Part shown: in pieces, positions 19,969 to 29,415 of the stretch
Layout: every line of letters begins with the position of its first letter
Numbering within the stretch: the stretch's first letter is position 1
DNA from: Candidatus Levybacteria bacterium RIFCSPHIGHO2_01_FULL_37_17
Lineage (GTDB): Bacteria > Patescibacteriota > Microgenomatia > Levybacterales > UBA12049
Direction of reading: 5' to 3'
Length of the DNA stretch: 64,000 nt
Assembly (NCBI GenBank): GCA_001782035.1
Contig: MFNL01000001.1
Coordinates: 84,078-148,077 of the forward strand
Made by a program: the position numbers and the translations under genes
Notes under the pieces: model-generated
The model's database searches: none
The model's input: the letters and a program-made list of their open reading frames with translations, nothing else
What the model was told of the DNA's origin: nothing

Positions 19969-21045
19969 ATGAAGCAGCCCGACTTAATTTCAGATATAGT
20001 TTCTAGTGCAAAAAAGAGGGGATATATTACTCAGGAAGAAATTCTAGCACTTTTCCCCAAGCCCGAGCAGCATCTGGAAGACCTCGACAAGCTTTATAAC
20101 AAGCTAATGAGGTCTGATATCGATGTTTTCGAATCTGTTGCGGCAGAAGCAGATGAGGAAAAACCGATTGAAGACTTAGAAAAAGAGCTCGAAGCCTTAA
20201 CTGTTTTAACAGAAGGGACTGTTTCGGATCCCGTAAGGATGTATTTAAAAGAAATCGGAAGAATACCTCTTTTAACTTTTGACCAGGAAATTTCTTTAGC
20301 TAAAAAGGTGGAGAAAGCCGACAAAAAAGCAAAGCAAATGCTGATTAATTCTAACTTAAGATTGGTTGTATCTATTGCCAAAAAGTATGTTGGAAGAGGG
20401 CTGACGCTTCTTGATTTAATTCAGGAGGGAAATCAAGGTTTAATAAGAGCGGTTGAAAAATACGATTGGAGAAGAGGTTTCAAGTTTTCAACTTATGCCA
20501 CGTGGTGGATAAGGCAGTCTATTACCCGCGCTATAGCTGATCAGGCAAGAACTATAAGAATTCCAGTACACATGGTTGAAAATATAAATAGGTTTTTACG
20601 AGCATCAAGAAAACTAATGCAAGAGTTGGGTCGCGAGCCAACGCCTGAAGAAGTTGCAAAAACGCTAGGCATCGAGCCTGATAAAGCATTAGAAATAATA
20701 AAAATTTCTCAGGAGCCGGCAAGCCTAGAGTCACCTGTAGGAGATGAAGAAGACAGCAAGCTAGGAGACTTTATACACGATAGTTCAGCACCGACGCTTT
20801 TTGATACTGCCTCACGAGAGTTACTCAAAGAACAAATAGAACAAGTCTTGTCTACTCTTTCAGACAGAGAAAAAAGAGTTTTGGAAGAGCGTTTCGGTTT
20901 AAAAGACGGCCGTCCTAAAACACTTGAGGAAGTTGGAAAAATGTTTGCAGTAACCAGAGAGCGAATAAGGCAAATTGAAGCAAAGGCACTACGAAAGCTC
21001 CGACACCCCTCCCGGGGAAATAAACTAAAAGATTATTTAGCTTAA
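19969..21045 (+). CDS. rpoD: RNA polymerase sigma-70 family primary sigma factor
   Basis: Region 2 ([27 protein letters not shown]) and region 4 ([28 protein letters not shown]) are present. Confidence 0.9.
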   Translation: MKQPDLISDIVSSAKKRGYITQEEILALFPKPEQHLEDLDKLYNKLMRSDIDVFESVAAEADEEKPIEDLEKELEALTVLTEGTVSDPVRMYLKEIGRIPLLTFDQEISLAKKVEKADKKAKQMLINSNLRLVVSIAKKYVGRGLTLLDLIQEGNQGLIRAVEKYDWRRGFKFSTYATWWIRQSITRAIADQARTIRIPVHMVENINRFLRASRKLMQELGREPTPEEVAKTLGIEPDKALEIIKISQEPASLESPVGDEEDSKLGDFIHDSSAPTLFDTASRELLKEQIEQVLSTLSDREKRVLEERFGLKDGRPKTLEEVGKMFAVTRERIRQIEAKALRKLRHPSRGNKLKDYLA

Positions 21046-21070
21046 GCTTTCTTTGTCAAGAGAGGCTGAG

Positions 21071-22627
21071 TTAATGAGTTCCTTGTATAAATTCAGTCGT
21101 AGGACTTTTTTCCAAAAGTGGTGAAGGATCAAGATTTTGCATCGCCGAAATAGTATAAGGTCCTTCGTCAACACCGAGCATGGTCGCACCCAATGCAATT
21201 CTTTCCCAATGGTTTAAGGTTTTTTGTGTCATAGATTCCTCATAAGTAAGTAATTCTTTAAATGTTTGTTCTCCTTCGGAAAAATATGGTAAGCCTGTGA
21301 GATATAGTCTTTTACTAATGAATTTAGTTCTAGGAGATGCTTCGCCGCCATAGGGCTTTAAGAATTTTTCTCCGTCTCTTGTAAAGAAAAACATTCCTCC
21401 TGGAGCTTCAAAAACCCCTCCTCCTATAGAACCCGAGCCATTAACTCCTGACATCCCTACAAGTATTGAAATTACAATATCATCTACCGCTCCTCCCTCT
21501 CCTATAATTGGGATTCCAAGTCTCCCCCTTAATTTCCAAGCCAATTCCGCATTGGCAGGAATCATTTGTGATCTTTCTGGAGTTGTGCATCTTGCTCCTC
21601 CTCCTACACCCTCAACTATGGCGTCAGCCCCTACTTGCTCGCATTCTAAAGCAATGTCCTCATTGGTAATCTGACTTGGAAAAAATTCGTCTTCGTCATC
21701 AAGCTCCTTTCTAAGTAGTTTTGTAGTTCCAATAATGTCTCTTCCAACTGAATGTCCGTATGGTCTAAAACTAGTAAGGCCAGCATCCTTAAGAAGAAAA
21801 GCCCTTTCTAAAGCTTTTCTTGGATGAACCTCCAAAACCCCTACGACGCAAGCCCTCCAATGATCAACAATAAATTTTTTCTCTTCATCAGACCGTCCTT
21901 CCAAAAGTGGGTCATCTATGGTCAGTCTTTCCATGACAGCTTTTGCTAATCTCGCTTGTACTTTAGGGTCAGAAAAAACTCCAACCTCAGGCACACCAAC
22001 TCTCATAAACATTTTTGCAGCGGTTTCAATCATTAAAACAGAGCCGTTAGTGTCTGGCATTGCCCCCATGTTTACAAAACTTCCAACCCTTTTCTTAGAT
22101 GTGAAAGAAAATGGCCCTTGCTCGAGCAAATCGGTTCTGTGAACTTGCTTGCTCTCTATTTTTCCGTTTACGCTATCACGGTTATGCCCAAGATCAGAAA
22201 GCTGGGGCGTAATTCCTCTTTCTATATATTCATCAATAACGCCCTTTCTTTTCTCGGGTTTTTTAAATCCTGCTTTTTCAAGTTCCATCATTGCGTGGAT
22301 TCTTGCAGGGTGATTTGCTAAACGTAAATTAGCTTCTCTTAAAGTTTTCCATCCCTCCAAATATTCTTCAGGCGGTATTGCAACTTCTAAACCTTCATAG
22401 TCATCATAAGGGGTAAGTAGTAATGGCTGATCTGCTTCGTGTGGAAGCAGCTCGGGAAATTTATCTGCCAGACCACCCTCGATTGCTTCTGCGAGCTTAT
22501 CTTCAAGTTGAGCTGGTATCGTAAAATCAATTTCTCTCTGCCTTCTTGAAAGGCGCGGATGATAAAACCTTTCTCCGTTATTTCGGATATCTTGGGCAAA
22601 TGTGGAATGTCTAGTTTCAACGCTCAT
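21071..22627 (-). CDS. IMP dehydrogenase/GMP reductase family protein, no CBS pair, with a ~200-aa N-terminal extension
   Basis: Catalytic-loop-like GVGGGARCTTPERS (compare GIGPGSICTTR) and IPIIGEGG...VGMSGVNGSGSIGGGVFEAPGG (compare IADGGI...MVGSLLAGTEESPG). The N-terminal 200 aa have no counterpart in canonical IMPDH. Confidence 0.55.
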   Translation of the reverse strand: MSVETRHSTFAQDIRNNGERFYHPRLSRRQREIDFTIPAQLEDKLAEAIEGGLADKFPELLPHEADQPLLLTPYDDYEGLEVAIPPEEYLEGWKTLREANLRLANHPARIHAMMELEKAGFKKPEKRKGVIDEYIERGITPQLSDLGHNRDSVNGKIESKQVHRTDLLEQGPFSFTSKKRVGSFVNMGAMPDTNGSVLMIETAAKMFMRVGVPEVGVFSDPKVQARLAKAVMERLTIDDPLLEGRSDEEKKFIVDHWRACVVGVLEVHPRKALERAFLLKDAGLTSFRPYGHSVGRDIIGTTKLLRKELDDEDEFFPSQITNEDIALECEQVGADAIVEGVGGGARCTTPERSQMIPANAELAWKLRGRLGIPIIGEGGAVDDIVISILVGMSGVNGSGSIGGGVFEAPGGMFFFTRDGEKFLKPYGGEASPRTKFISKRLYLTGLPYFSEGEQTFKELLTYEESMTQKTLNHWERIALGATMLGVDEGPYTISAMQNLDPSPLLEKSPTTEFIQGTH

Positions 22628-22669
22628 TACCGAGCTATTCTACAATATTTATGCAAGAAGATAAAGAAG

Positions 22670-23122
22670 TCACCTTCTTGATAGCAGCTTTTTAATCCAC
22701 TTGTGGTCGTGGATCTCACTTATTACAAAAGCAAGGCTAAAAATTGCAAAAGTATAAATTATTGCATCTATGCTTATTCTTCCTAAATCATGCCAATAGA
22801 CATCGTCTAAATAAAGCCATAGTGCAAACTCGTCTATTGTTAAAGCAGCTCCAATGCCAAATAAAATAGCCATAACGTGTCTAACTCTATCTGATGCCCA
22901 AAACGAAATCCCGATATAGCCGCAAAAAAGTAGAAGTAAAATTCCAAAGACCAAATGGTGTATATGGATATCACCTGACTGATTTGGAATGAAGCCGAAT
23001 TTCTGAGCAACGGTTATAGTTCTTGCAATTGCAAATGTAACTATGAAAGCTGCAAGAATCAGTATTTGAGAGAGCCTATGACTTCTTAAAATCTTTTTAA
23101 GCATACTATAATTGAAGCACAA
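22670..23122 (-). CDS. small polytopic membrane protein, unknown function (start may be the internal MLKKIL)
   Basis: Four predicted TM helices. Confidence 0.4.
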   Translation of the reverse strand: MCFNYSMLKKILRSHRLSQILILAAFIVTFAIARTITVAQKFGFIPNQSGDIHIHHLVFGILLLLFCGYIGISFWASDRVRHVMAILFGIGAALTIDEFALWLYLDDVYWHDLGRISIDAIIYTFAIFSLAFVISEIHDHKWIKKLLSRR

Positions 23123-23172
23123 ATAAAAAAATATTTCATTTTTACTTTGACAAGGGGAGTATAATAATAAAA

Positions 23173-23631
23173 ATGAAAGTAAAAAATGCTTTCAATAAAA
23201 AGGTAGGGTATATAACTTCAAACGCCACGCTCCTAGATGCCGCAAAATTCATCTTCGGACATAATCATAAAGGAATACCTGTTGTAAATACGTCTAAAAA
23301 AATTATCGGTTTTATAACTGAACAGGATATAATGTCGCAAATGTTTCCCAAGGCTGCGGATTTAATGGAAGACTATATTCATGAAAGAGATTTTGAAGCA
23401 ATGGAAAGCAATCTAAAAAATATCCTTATCCAAAAAGTAAAAAATGTTATGACAAAAAAACCAATAACAATTCATATAGACGATCCGCTTCTTAAGGCAG
23501 AATCAATTATGAAACTACATGATATTAGTAGACTTCCAGTAATTGATGATAAAGGGGTTTTAATAGGTATTATTTCAAAAGGCGATATCTTCAGAAGACT
23601 GATTAGCAGGAAAGTAAGAGGCTTTAAATAA
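23173..23631 (+). CDS. CBS-domain pair protein
   Basis: Two CBS-like segments (GIPVVN...; ISRLPVIDDKGVLIGIISKGDI). Confidence 0.7.
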   Translation: MKVKNAFNKKVGYITSNATLLDAAKFIFGHNHKGIPVVNTSKKIIGFITEQDIMSQMFPKAADLMEDYIHERDFEAMESNLKNILIQKVKNVMTKKPITIHIDDPLLKAESIMKLHDISRLPVIDDKGVLIGIISKGDIFRRLISRKVRGFK

Positions 23632-23640
23632 CGAATTAGC

Positions 23641-24903
23641 TTAATAGTCTTTTATATGGGCAGGAGCTTTCACAGGCTTGTAAAATAGGTTAAAAATTAC
23701 CCCGGCAAAAACTACAATAATAGCTGCAATAATAATGGGCGTGCTAGCTGAAAAAGCTGCAGCTATAAAACCAGAGATAACGGGAGGAAGAAGTTGTGCT
23801 AATGCTTGGACGCTTGCGTTAATTCCTAAAATTTCCCCCTGAATATGGGCATCTACAGATCTTGAAATTAATGCCCCCATATTTGAAAAAATTAATCCCA
23901 TAAAAAGAGCTTGAAACGGAATTATAAAATAAAGCCATAATGATACAGGAGTAAAATACACAAGCCCAATTGTTATACCTGTTGCAATTAGGCAAACCTT
24001 GAGTACCTGATTTTCCCTAAATCTTTTAGCAACCACCCCAGTAATTATAGATTGTGTAACTAAAAACCAAATTCCAAAAAAAGAAAAGAAATATCCGATA
24101 CCAGTTTGATCCCAAGAAAACTTATTAATTAAAAATATGCTCATAAAAGTAACGAAAAAAGTAAAACCTGAGAAAAACAAAAAATTTACCAAAAATAAAA
24201 ATCTAACGTTTTTAAGCTGGAAAGCTTTGGCAATATCGAGTAATGATTTATGCCACTCTATTATTCTCTCTTTGTTAATATATTTGTTTGTTTCTTTTAA
24301 AAATTTTCTAACTGAAAATGCGTTAATCAAGCTCATAAGCGCTGCGAAAAGAAAGGGAACAGTGGGATTAAAAAAAGGCAAAATTTTGGAGTCGGACAAA
24401 AATCCTCCTAAGAAAGGACCAAATATGAAACCAATAGAAAAAGCTGCTCCGATAAACCCGAAGTTTCTTGCTCTGTTTTGCGGTTTTGTAATATCTGCAA
24501 CTGCAGCCTGCGCAACAGAAATATTACCGCTTGCAACTCCAGCTACAGCACGTGATATAAAAAGAAGCGGAATGTTTTTTGTTGCAATTCCAAATGCGAA
24601 TAACAAATACGATGCGGAAGTAATAAAAAGAGTATTTTGAAGTATAGGCTTTCTCCCAATCTTGTCTGAAAACTGCCCAAGGATAGATGTTGCAAAAAGC
24701 TGGGTTAAGGGAAAAACTGCAGTAATTAATCCTAAGAGTATATACCCTGTTTTTACATCAACATTTCCAGGGAGTATATAAAAGTTAGATACGGGGTCTG
24801 CCAAAAGAAGGGGAATAATGGGAATTAAAATTGCAAATCCTAACGAATCAAGGAAAATCGTAAAAATAATAGTAAATAAGGGGTTTTTAATTATTTTCAT
24901 CAC
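23641..24903 (-). CDS. MFS transporter
   Basis: 12-TM topology, 420 aa, with the MFS signature region GQFSDKIGRKP. Confidence 0.75.
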   Translation of the reverse strand: MMKIIKNPLFTIIFTIFLDSLGFAILIPIIPLLLADPVSNFYILPGNVDVKTGYILLGLITAVFPLTQLFATSILGQFSDKIGRKPILQNTLFITSASYLLFAFGIATKNIPLLFISRAVAGVASGNISVAQAAVADITKPQNRARNFGFIGAAFSIGFIFGPFLGGFLSDSKILPFFNPTVPFLFAALMSLINAFSVRKFLKETNKYINKERIIEWHKSLLDIAKAFQLKNVRFLFLVNFLFFSGFTFFVTFMSIFLINKFSWDQTGIGYFFSFFGIWFLVTQSIITGVVAKRFRENQVLKVCLIATGITIGLVYFTPVSLWLYFIIPFQALFMGLIFSNMGALISRSVDAHIQGEILGINASVQALAQLLPPVISGFIAAAFSASTPIIIAAIIVVFAGVIFNLFYKPVKAPAHIKDY

Positions 24904-24921
24904 GAAGGGCTTATTATACTA

Positions 24922-25851
24922 TTATTTTGCGGCTTCTTCTAGAGTGGAGATATCAATCTTTTTCATCTTTAGCATCGCATTCATTACCCTATTTGATTTT
25001 TCTTTGTCTGGAGAATCAATTAGCTCTCCCATTCTTTTGGGAATTATTTGCCATGAGACTCCATATTTGTCTTTAAGCCATCCGCATACTTCTGAGGCAG
25101 GATCCGAAGATAGTTTCTCCCAATAGTAGTCCACTTCTTCCTGATCCTCGCAATTTACCATAAAAGATATCGCTTCCCCTGCAAAAGAGAACTTGTGTCC
25201 TGGATTAGCAGAATCCATTGCTGCAAACCACTGACCCTCAATCATAAAATCCGAAAACATAAGCGTCCCTTCTTTCTCCGGCTCCATTCCCGCAGGATAG
25301 CGCGCAATTTGTCCTTGTTTTGAATTTTTAAAGACTCCCTGGTAAAACTTTTCTGCTTCCTCCGCTTTTCCTGCGCTATCGCCAACAAACAAAAGTGATG
25401 GAACAATAAATGGTCGTTCATCCCCTTGCGGGTTTGTTAGCATTAACTGCCAGGAGACTCCAAATTTATCCTCGCACCATCCGTATTTTTCCGCAAAATC
25501 ATATTTTTGAAATTCCATAAGGACTTTCCCGCCTTCTGAAAGCTTGTCCCACATTTCTTCAATATTCTCCGTTGCGTTCTTGTCTTTTGAGGGGTCAAAA
25601 TTTAAAATAAAAGAGACTGAGGGATTAAATTTAAAAATTGGACCTCCGTCGAGGGCCATAAACCGGTATCCGTCTAGCTCAAAAATTCCGGTTAAGACTT
25701 TTCCTACCATTTGCGAAATCCCCGGAGTATTCATTCCCTTTTCGTACCGTTTTATCGATACAATCTTGGAATTGGGGAACACCGAAGTATAGAAGTTCAT
25801 CGCCTCTTCGCAATTATTATCAAACCAAAGGGAAGGAATTATTTTTTGCAT
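24922..25851 (-). CDS. tandem VOC/PhnB-like (3-demethylubiquinone-9 3-methyltransferase-like fold, PF06983-type) protein
   Basis: Two repeated modules, each starting like LWFDNNCEEAMNFYTSVFPNS / LLFVGDSAGKAEEAEKFYQGVFKNS. Local GC is higher than in the surroundings. Confidence 0.6.
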   Translation of the reverse strand: MQKIIPSLWFDNNCEEAMNFYTSVFPNSKIVSIKRYEKGMNTPGISQMVGKVLTGIFELDGYRFMALDGGPIFKFNPSVSFILNFDPSKDKNATENIEEMWDKLSEGGKVLMEFQKYDFAEKYGWCEDKFGVSWQLMLTNPQGDERPFIVPSLLFVGDSAGKAEEAEKFYQGVFKNSKQGQIARYPAGMEPEKEGTLMFSDFMIEGQWFAAMDSANPGHKFSFAGEAISFMVNCEDQEEVDYYWEKLSSDPASEVCGWLKDKYGVSWQIIPKRMGELIDSPDKEKSNRVMNAMLKMKKIDISTLEEAAK

Positions 25852-25854
25852 GAT

Positions 25855-26235
25855 TTATCCCTCGACCTCAGCTTCAAAACCACCATATGCCATTTTCTTC
25901 ATATCAAAAGGCATAGACATGTCTTTTGCGTCTTTATATTTTTCATTCATCTCATCCATTACCTTTTTGTTAACCTCATCGCGGTGCGCCTTGTCTCGAA
26001 ATACGATAAAAGAAAACCAAACATCCTCGTCTTCTGTTGCTCCGGCCATTTCCGGAAACGCTCGTGCTTTTTCATCTCCCATTTCCTGCGGTTTAAGGTC
26101 TTCTCCGCGGCATTCGAAGTATTCCAAAGCGCCGTGTCTCATCCATACTTCGTGGCCTTCTTCCGCCATTTTCTTGTATTCTTCAGTTTTATCTTTTGGA
26201 ACGACCAATACAAAACCGTCTACGTATTTTGCCAT
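25855..26235 (-). CDS. DUF1428 family protein
   Basis: MAKYVDGFVLVVPKDKTEEYKKMAEEG... matches the DUF1428 (YbaA-like) pattern; 126 aa. Confidence 0.6.
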   Translation of the reverse strand: MAKYVDGFVLVVPKDKTEEYKKMAEEGHEVWMRHGALEYFECRGEDLKPQEMGDEKARAFPEMAGATEDEDVWFSFIVFRDKAHRDEVNKKVMDEMNEKYKDAKDMSMPFDMKKMAYGGFEAEVEG

Positions 26236-26236
26236 A

Positions 26237-26365
26237 TTATTTTTTGTGTTTAAAATATTCTATTTGCCTAAGCCTTTTTTGAGCTTCTGCTTCTGTTTTA
26301 TATGTTCCCATATTTCTTCCGCTCTCAGCAACTACGCGGTATCCTTCCTTAACTTTTCTAATCAT
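26237..26365 (-). CDS. unannotated 42-aa ORF (MIRKVKEGYRVVAESGRNMGTYKTEAEAQKRLRQIEYFKHKK)
   Basis: Found by reading the reverse strand. Its stop lies 1 nt upstream of the DUF1428 ATG. The sequence is protein-like and not low-complexity. Confidence 0.35.
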   Translation of the reverse strand: MIRKVKEGYRVVAESGRNMGTYKTEAEAQKRLRQIEYFKHKK

Positions 26366-26436
26366 ACATATAAAACGTATAGAAGATCAATTAGTAATAA
26401 ATTTCATGGAGAGTTCTTTCGCTTTCTATTTGCTAG

Positions 26437-27336
26437 TTAATTTTTATCGATGACGTTTTTTGGTTTACCTGAGAAAAAAGCTTCTATATTTTGAAGAGCG
26501 ATTTCCCTGCTATTAGCCGAAGCTTGCTTGGTAGAAAATGCTATATGCGGAGTTACAAGTATTTTAGGATTGCTGAGTACTTTCTTATAGAACTCATTTT
26601 GAGTGTCTCCTGGAATTTCCGGATCTGTGTCAATTGCCGCTCCTTTTACTACCCCTTTATCAATAGCTTTAATCAAGCCGTCTAAATCATAAGTGTGCCT
26701 TCTAACAAAAGAGACAAAATAAACGCCCTTTTTAAGTGAATTAAAAAAATTTCCATCAAGCAGATTTTTACTTGATGAGCTGGTATTTAGACAATTTATA
26801 ATTAACTCGGCATCTAATGACTTTTCTTTTAAGTTTTCTCCTCTTCTAAAAAAATCTACTTTCATTCCAAATACCTTGAGCACATCTCCTAGCTTGGTTC
26901 CGATACTTCCAGCTCCCACTATTAAAGCTTTCTTGCCATTTAGGCTTTCCTTTAGCTCGAAATCAAATTCATCTTTGGTTCTTAATACTTGAGGAAACTT
27001 TCTGAAAAGTGCGATAGTCATAAAAACAACCCATTCAATAATTGAATCTCTATTGCTGCCTTGTGTGTTGGCGACTAAAACTCCATTTTTCCGGAGTTTT
27101 TCAGAATCAAATAGACCAAGCTCGATGTATGGATATGTGACAAAAACGTTTTTAAGCTTTGACAAGTTTTCTAGAAGAAAAGAACCATCACTTGCAACGA
27201 CATCTGCACCTTTTGCGAATTTGATAAATTTTTCGGAGGAAGAAGGGCTATCATAAGATTTAACATCACCGAGCTTTTTCAAGCGGGCTTTTTGTTCATT
27301 CGAAAAATTTACACCCAGCACAACTATCTTTTTCAT
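26437..27336 (-). CDS. D-isomer-specific 2-hydroxyacid dehydrogenase family protein
   Basis: NAD-binding GAGSIGTKLG with a catalytic His/Glu/Arg region; 299 aa. Confidence 0.75.
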   Translation of the reverse strand: MKKIVVLGVNFSNEQKARLKKLGDVKSYDSPSSSEKFIKFAKGADVVASDGSFLLENLSKLKNVFVTYPYIELGLFDSEKLRKNGVLVANTQGSNRDSIIEWVVFMTIALFRKFPQVLRTKDEFDFELKESLNGKKALIVGAGSIGTKLGDVLKVFGMKVDFFRRGENLKEKSLDAELIINCLNTSSSSKNLLDGNFFNSLKKGVYFVSFVRRHTYDLDGLIKAIDKGVVKGAAIDTDPEIPGDTQNEFYKKVLSNPKILVTPHIAFSTKQASANSREIALQNIEAFFSGKPKNVIDKN

Positions 27337-27347
27337 TTGGGTAGATT

Positions 27348-27533
27348 CTAACTCTTTTGCTTTCTATTTGCCATCTCTTCCTGTAGTTTGTTTGAGAACT
27401 GATCTTTTCCTCTTTCAAAAGCTTGTTTTCTTGATTCTAAAACTGGATTCTCTCTTACTATTTCATACTCAGGCATTCCCTCATCTGTTGCTCGTTCTTG
27501 ATCTAATAAATCTCGTTCCCTTTCGTTTTCCAC
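27348..27533 (-). CDS. small highly charged helical protein (GTG start)
   Basis: 61 aa. A TATAAT box lies 6 nt upstream of the GTG. The 3' end overlaps the conserved upstream element of the next gene. Confidence 0.3.
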   Translation of the reverse strand: MENERERDLLDQERATDEGMPEYEIVRENPVLESRKQAFERGKDQFSNKLQEEMANRKQKS

Positions 27534-27552
27534 GCAGCAATTATAGCAGAAG

Positions 27553-27930
27553 TTATTTTACTTTTAAGATGGAAAGGATATTTCCTGCTGGGTCTTTAAA
27601 CCAGGCGATTTCCTGTCCCCATTCTCTGGATATTCCTTTTTCGTCTGTTTTAAAATCGGGGTATTGCTCAAAGACTACTCCTTTTTCGGTTAGCTCATCA
27701 ACCGCTTTCTCAACGTCTGAAACTGCAAAGTTAAGAACAGTGTAAGCTGCAGGCTCATGATTTTCTTTTGTATAAATCATAACTTTTCCTCCACCTGCAA
27801 ATTTAAGCATCAGCATTCCCATTTCTGTATCCTCCTCCACGTTTAATCCAAGAGTTTCTCCATAGAATTCTTTAGCTTTTACTAAATCGCTTACCGAAAA
27901 ACTTGAAAACGCGTGCGAAGATTTAAACAT
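27553..27930 (-). CDS. VOC/glyoxalase family protein
   Basis: 125-aa glyoxalase-like fold ([24 protein letters not shown]...). Confidence 0.6.
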   Translation of the reverse strand: MFKSSHAFSSFSVSDLVKAKEFYGETLGLNVEEDTEMGMLMLKFAGGGKVMIYTKENHEPAAYTVLNFAVSDVEKAVDELTEKGVVFEQYPDFKTDEKGISREWGQEIAWFKDPAGNILSILKVK

Positions 27931-27979
27931 ACACCTATTATAGCAGATGAGAAATTTTGCCTTCTATTTGCCAGAGGGT

Positions 27980-28588
27980 TTAAGCTTCGATGACCTGGTT
28001 TTTAGTATCTTGTACCAAGACCGCCTGTTGATCAGTTATGGGAATAATATTGTATTTTTTCCCATACTCTTTAATTACCTTATCATGCAGGGTGGAGTAT
28101 TTAGCATTTTTGAAATGTGGCAAGGTGACAAAATTTACTAATCCAAAACCAGTGGTAGACTCCAAATTTGCTTCATCTGGATCATCAAAGTCTTTAACAG
28201 CTTCTATATCCGGTCCAGCAATTACGGATCCGGCACTCGAGCCTATATAAACTACTCCCCGATCAAGTAATTGTCTGATGAGTTTATCAAAGCCACTTTT
28301 TCGGCATTTCTCAAGCAAATAAAAAGTATTCCCACCGGCAACGAAGATTAAATTGACATTTGATAAAATTTTTTTGAGATCTTCTTCGTTTTTATTCTTC
28401 AAATCCAGATCAAAAACATTAAATCCAAGCTCGACTAGCTTATTTCTATCATCATCCATCCAAGGCCTTTCTTTATATAAATCTGCAGCAGTAGGAATAA
28501 AAGCTACTGATAAGTTCTCTGGTTTATCTTTTAGAAGCGGTATTAATCTATGTAGAACGTTATATGCTTGTGAAGTTAAAAACAGCAT
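27980..28588 (-). CDS. peptidase S51 (dipeptidase E-like), class I glutamine amidotransferase-like fold
   Basis: 202 aa. VAFIPTAADLY and GGNTFYLL plus Ser nucleophile region IGSSAGSVIAG. Confidence 0.65.
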   Translation of the reverse strand: MLFLTSQAYNVLHRLIPLLKDKPENLSVAFIPTAADLYKERPWMDDDRNKLVELGFNVFDLDLKNKNEEDLKKILSNVNLIFVAGGNTFYLLEKCRKSGFDKLIRQLLDRGVVYIGSSAGSVIAGPDIEAVKDFDDPDEANLESTTGFGLVNFVTLPHFKNAKYSTLHDKVIKEYGKKYNIIPITDQQAVLVQDTKNQVIEA

Positions 28589-28613
28589 GGGAAAATTTTA
28601 CTCCTTTTGCCTT

Positions 28614-28979
28614 CTATTTGCTAGAAGCTTCTGATTCGTTGATAAATCTTATATGTTCTTCGTTTTTTGGGTTAAATGCTGGAGTTGTTGTCAAAACCAT
28701 TTTCATTTTTCCAAAATAATGAATTCTAGTTTTTGGAGGAATTGCCAATATATCGGTTGGCTGTACTTCCACTTTTTCACCGTTTAGAAAAAATGTTCCT
28801 TTCCCTTCGATTATGTAATAAATGTACCAGCTTTTTTTATCTAAAAATTCCTGAAAATGACCTTTTTCTAAAGAAACATAAACTACGTTTGCAGATTTTA
28901 TATTTGTCGGATAAACAGTTAAATCTATTCCGTGTTTGTTAATTTTTTTTGCTTCTTTTGCTGAATATTTATATTTCAT
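28614..28979 (-). CDS. cupin domain protein
   Basis: YIIEGKGTFFLNGEKVEVQPTDILAIPPKTRIHY double-stranded beta-helix motif. Confidence 0.6.
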   Translation of the reverse strand: MKYKYSAKEAKKINKHGIDLTVYPTNIKSANVVYVSLEKGHFQEFLDKKSWYIYYIIEGKGTFFLNGEKVEVQPTDILAIPPKTRIHYFGKMKMVLTTTPAFNPKNEEHIRFINESEASSK

Positions 28980-29006
28980 TAAAGAGATTATAGTTGATCT
29001 TGCCTT

Positions 29007-29396
29007 TTATTTGCCAGACTTTTCAGCAATAAGCTCTATTTCAATTAGCATTTTAGGATCAATTAATTGGTTAATTCCAACTAAAGTGCAGGCCGGTTTT
29101 GTTTGCTTAAAAGCTTCGCCAAATGCTTTATCGAATCCTTCAATTTGTGTAATATCAACCAAGTATGCTCTTACCAAAACTGTGTCTCCGATTTTAAATC
29201 CTTCTGAATTTACAACACTCGTAATTTTGCTAAAGATATTTTTTGATTGTGAATAAACATCGTCTCCAATTATTTCTCCTTTTTCGTCTTGACTTGTTGT
29301 TCCCGAAAAATAAATCCTCGTCTCATCAATTACGACAGCTCTTGAATAACCGACTCTTTCTTCAGATGGAGTATGTGTAGAAACTACTTTCCTCAT
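29007..29396 (-). CDS. RidA/YjgF family reactive intermediate deaminase
   Basis: 129 aa. RAVVIDETRIYFSGTTSQDEKGEIIG...ACTLVGI...IEIELIA pattern. Confidence 0.75.
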   Translation of the reverse strand: MRKVVSTHTPSEERVGYSRAVVIDETRIYFSGTTSQDEKGEIIGDDVYSQSKNIFSKITSVVNSEGFKIGDTVLVRAYLVDITQIEGFDKAFGEAFKQTKPACTLVGINQLIDPKMLIEIELIAEKSGK

Positions 29397-29415
29397 TTTG
29401 GGGCAATTATAGCAG

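Noticed and set aside
25711-26440. Plus-strand ORFs 25711..26253 and 25850..26440 (180 and 196 aa)
   Set aside because: They overlap, antisense, the DUF1428 gene, the 42-aa ORF and the intergenic promoter region. Their sequence is low-complexity (F/L/S/C rich), typical of shadow frames of an AT-rich coding strand.
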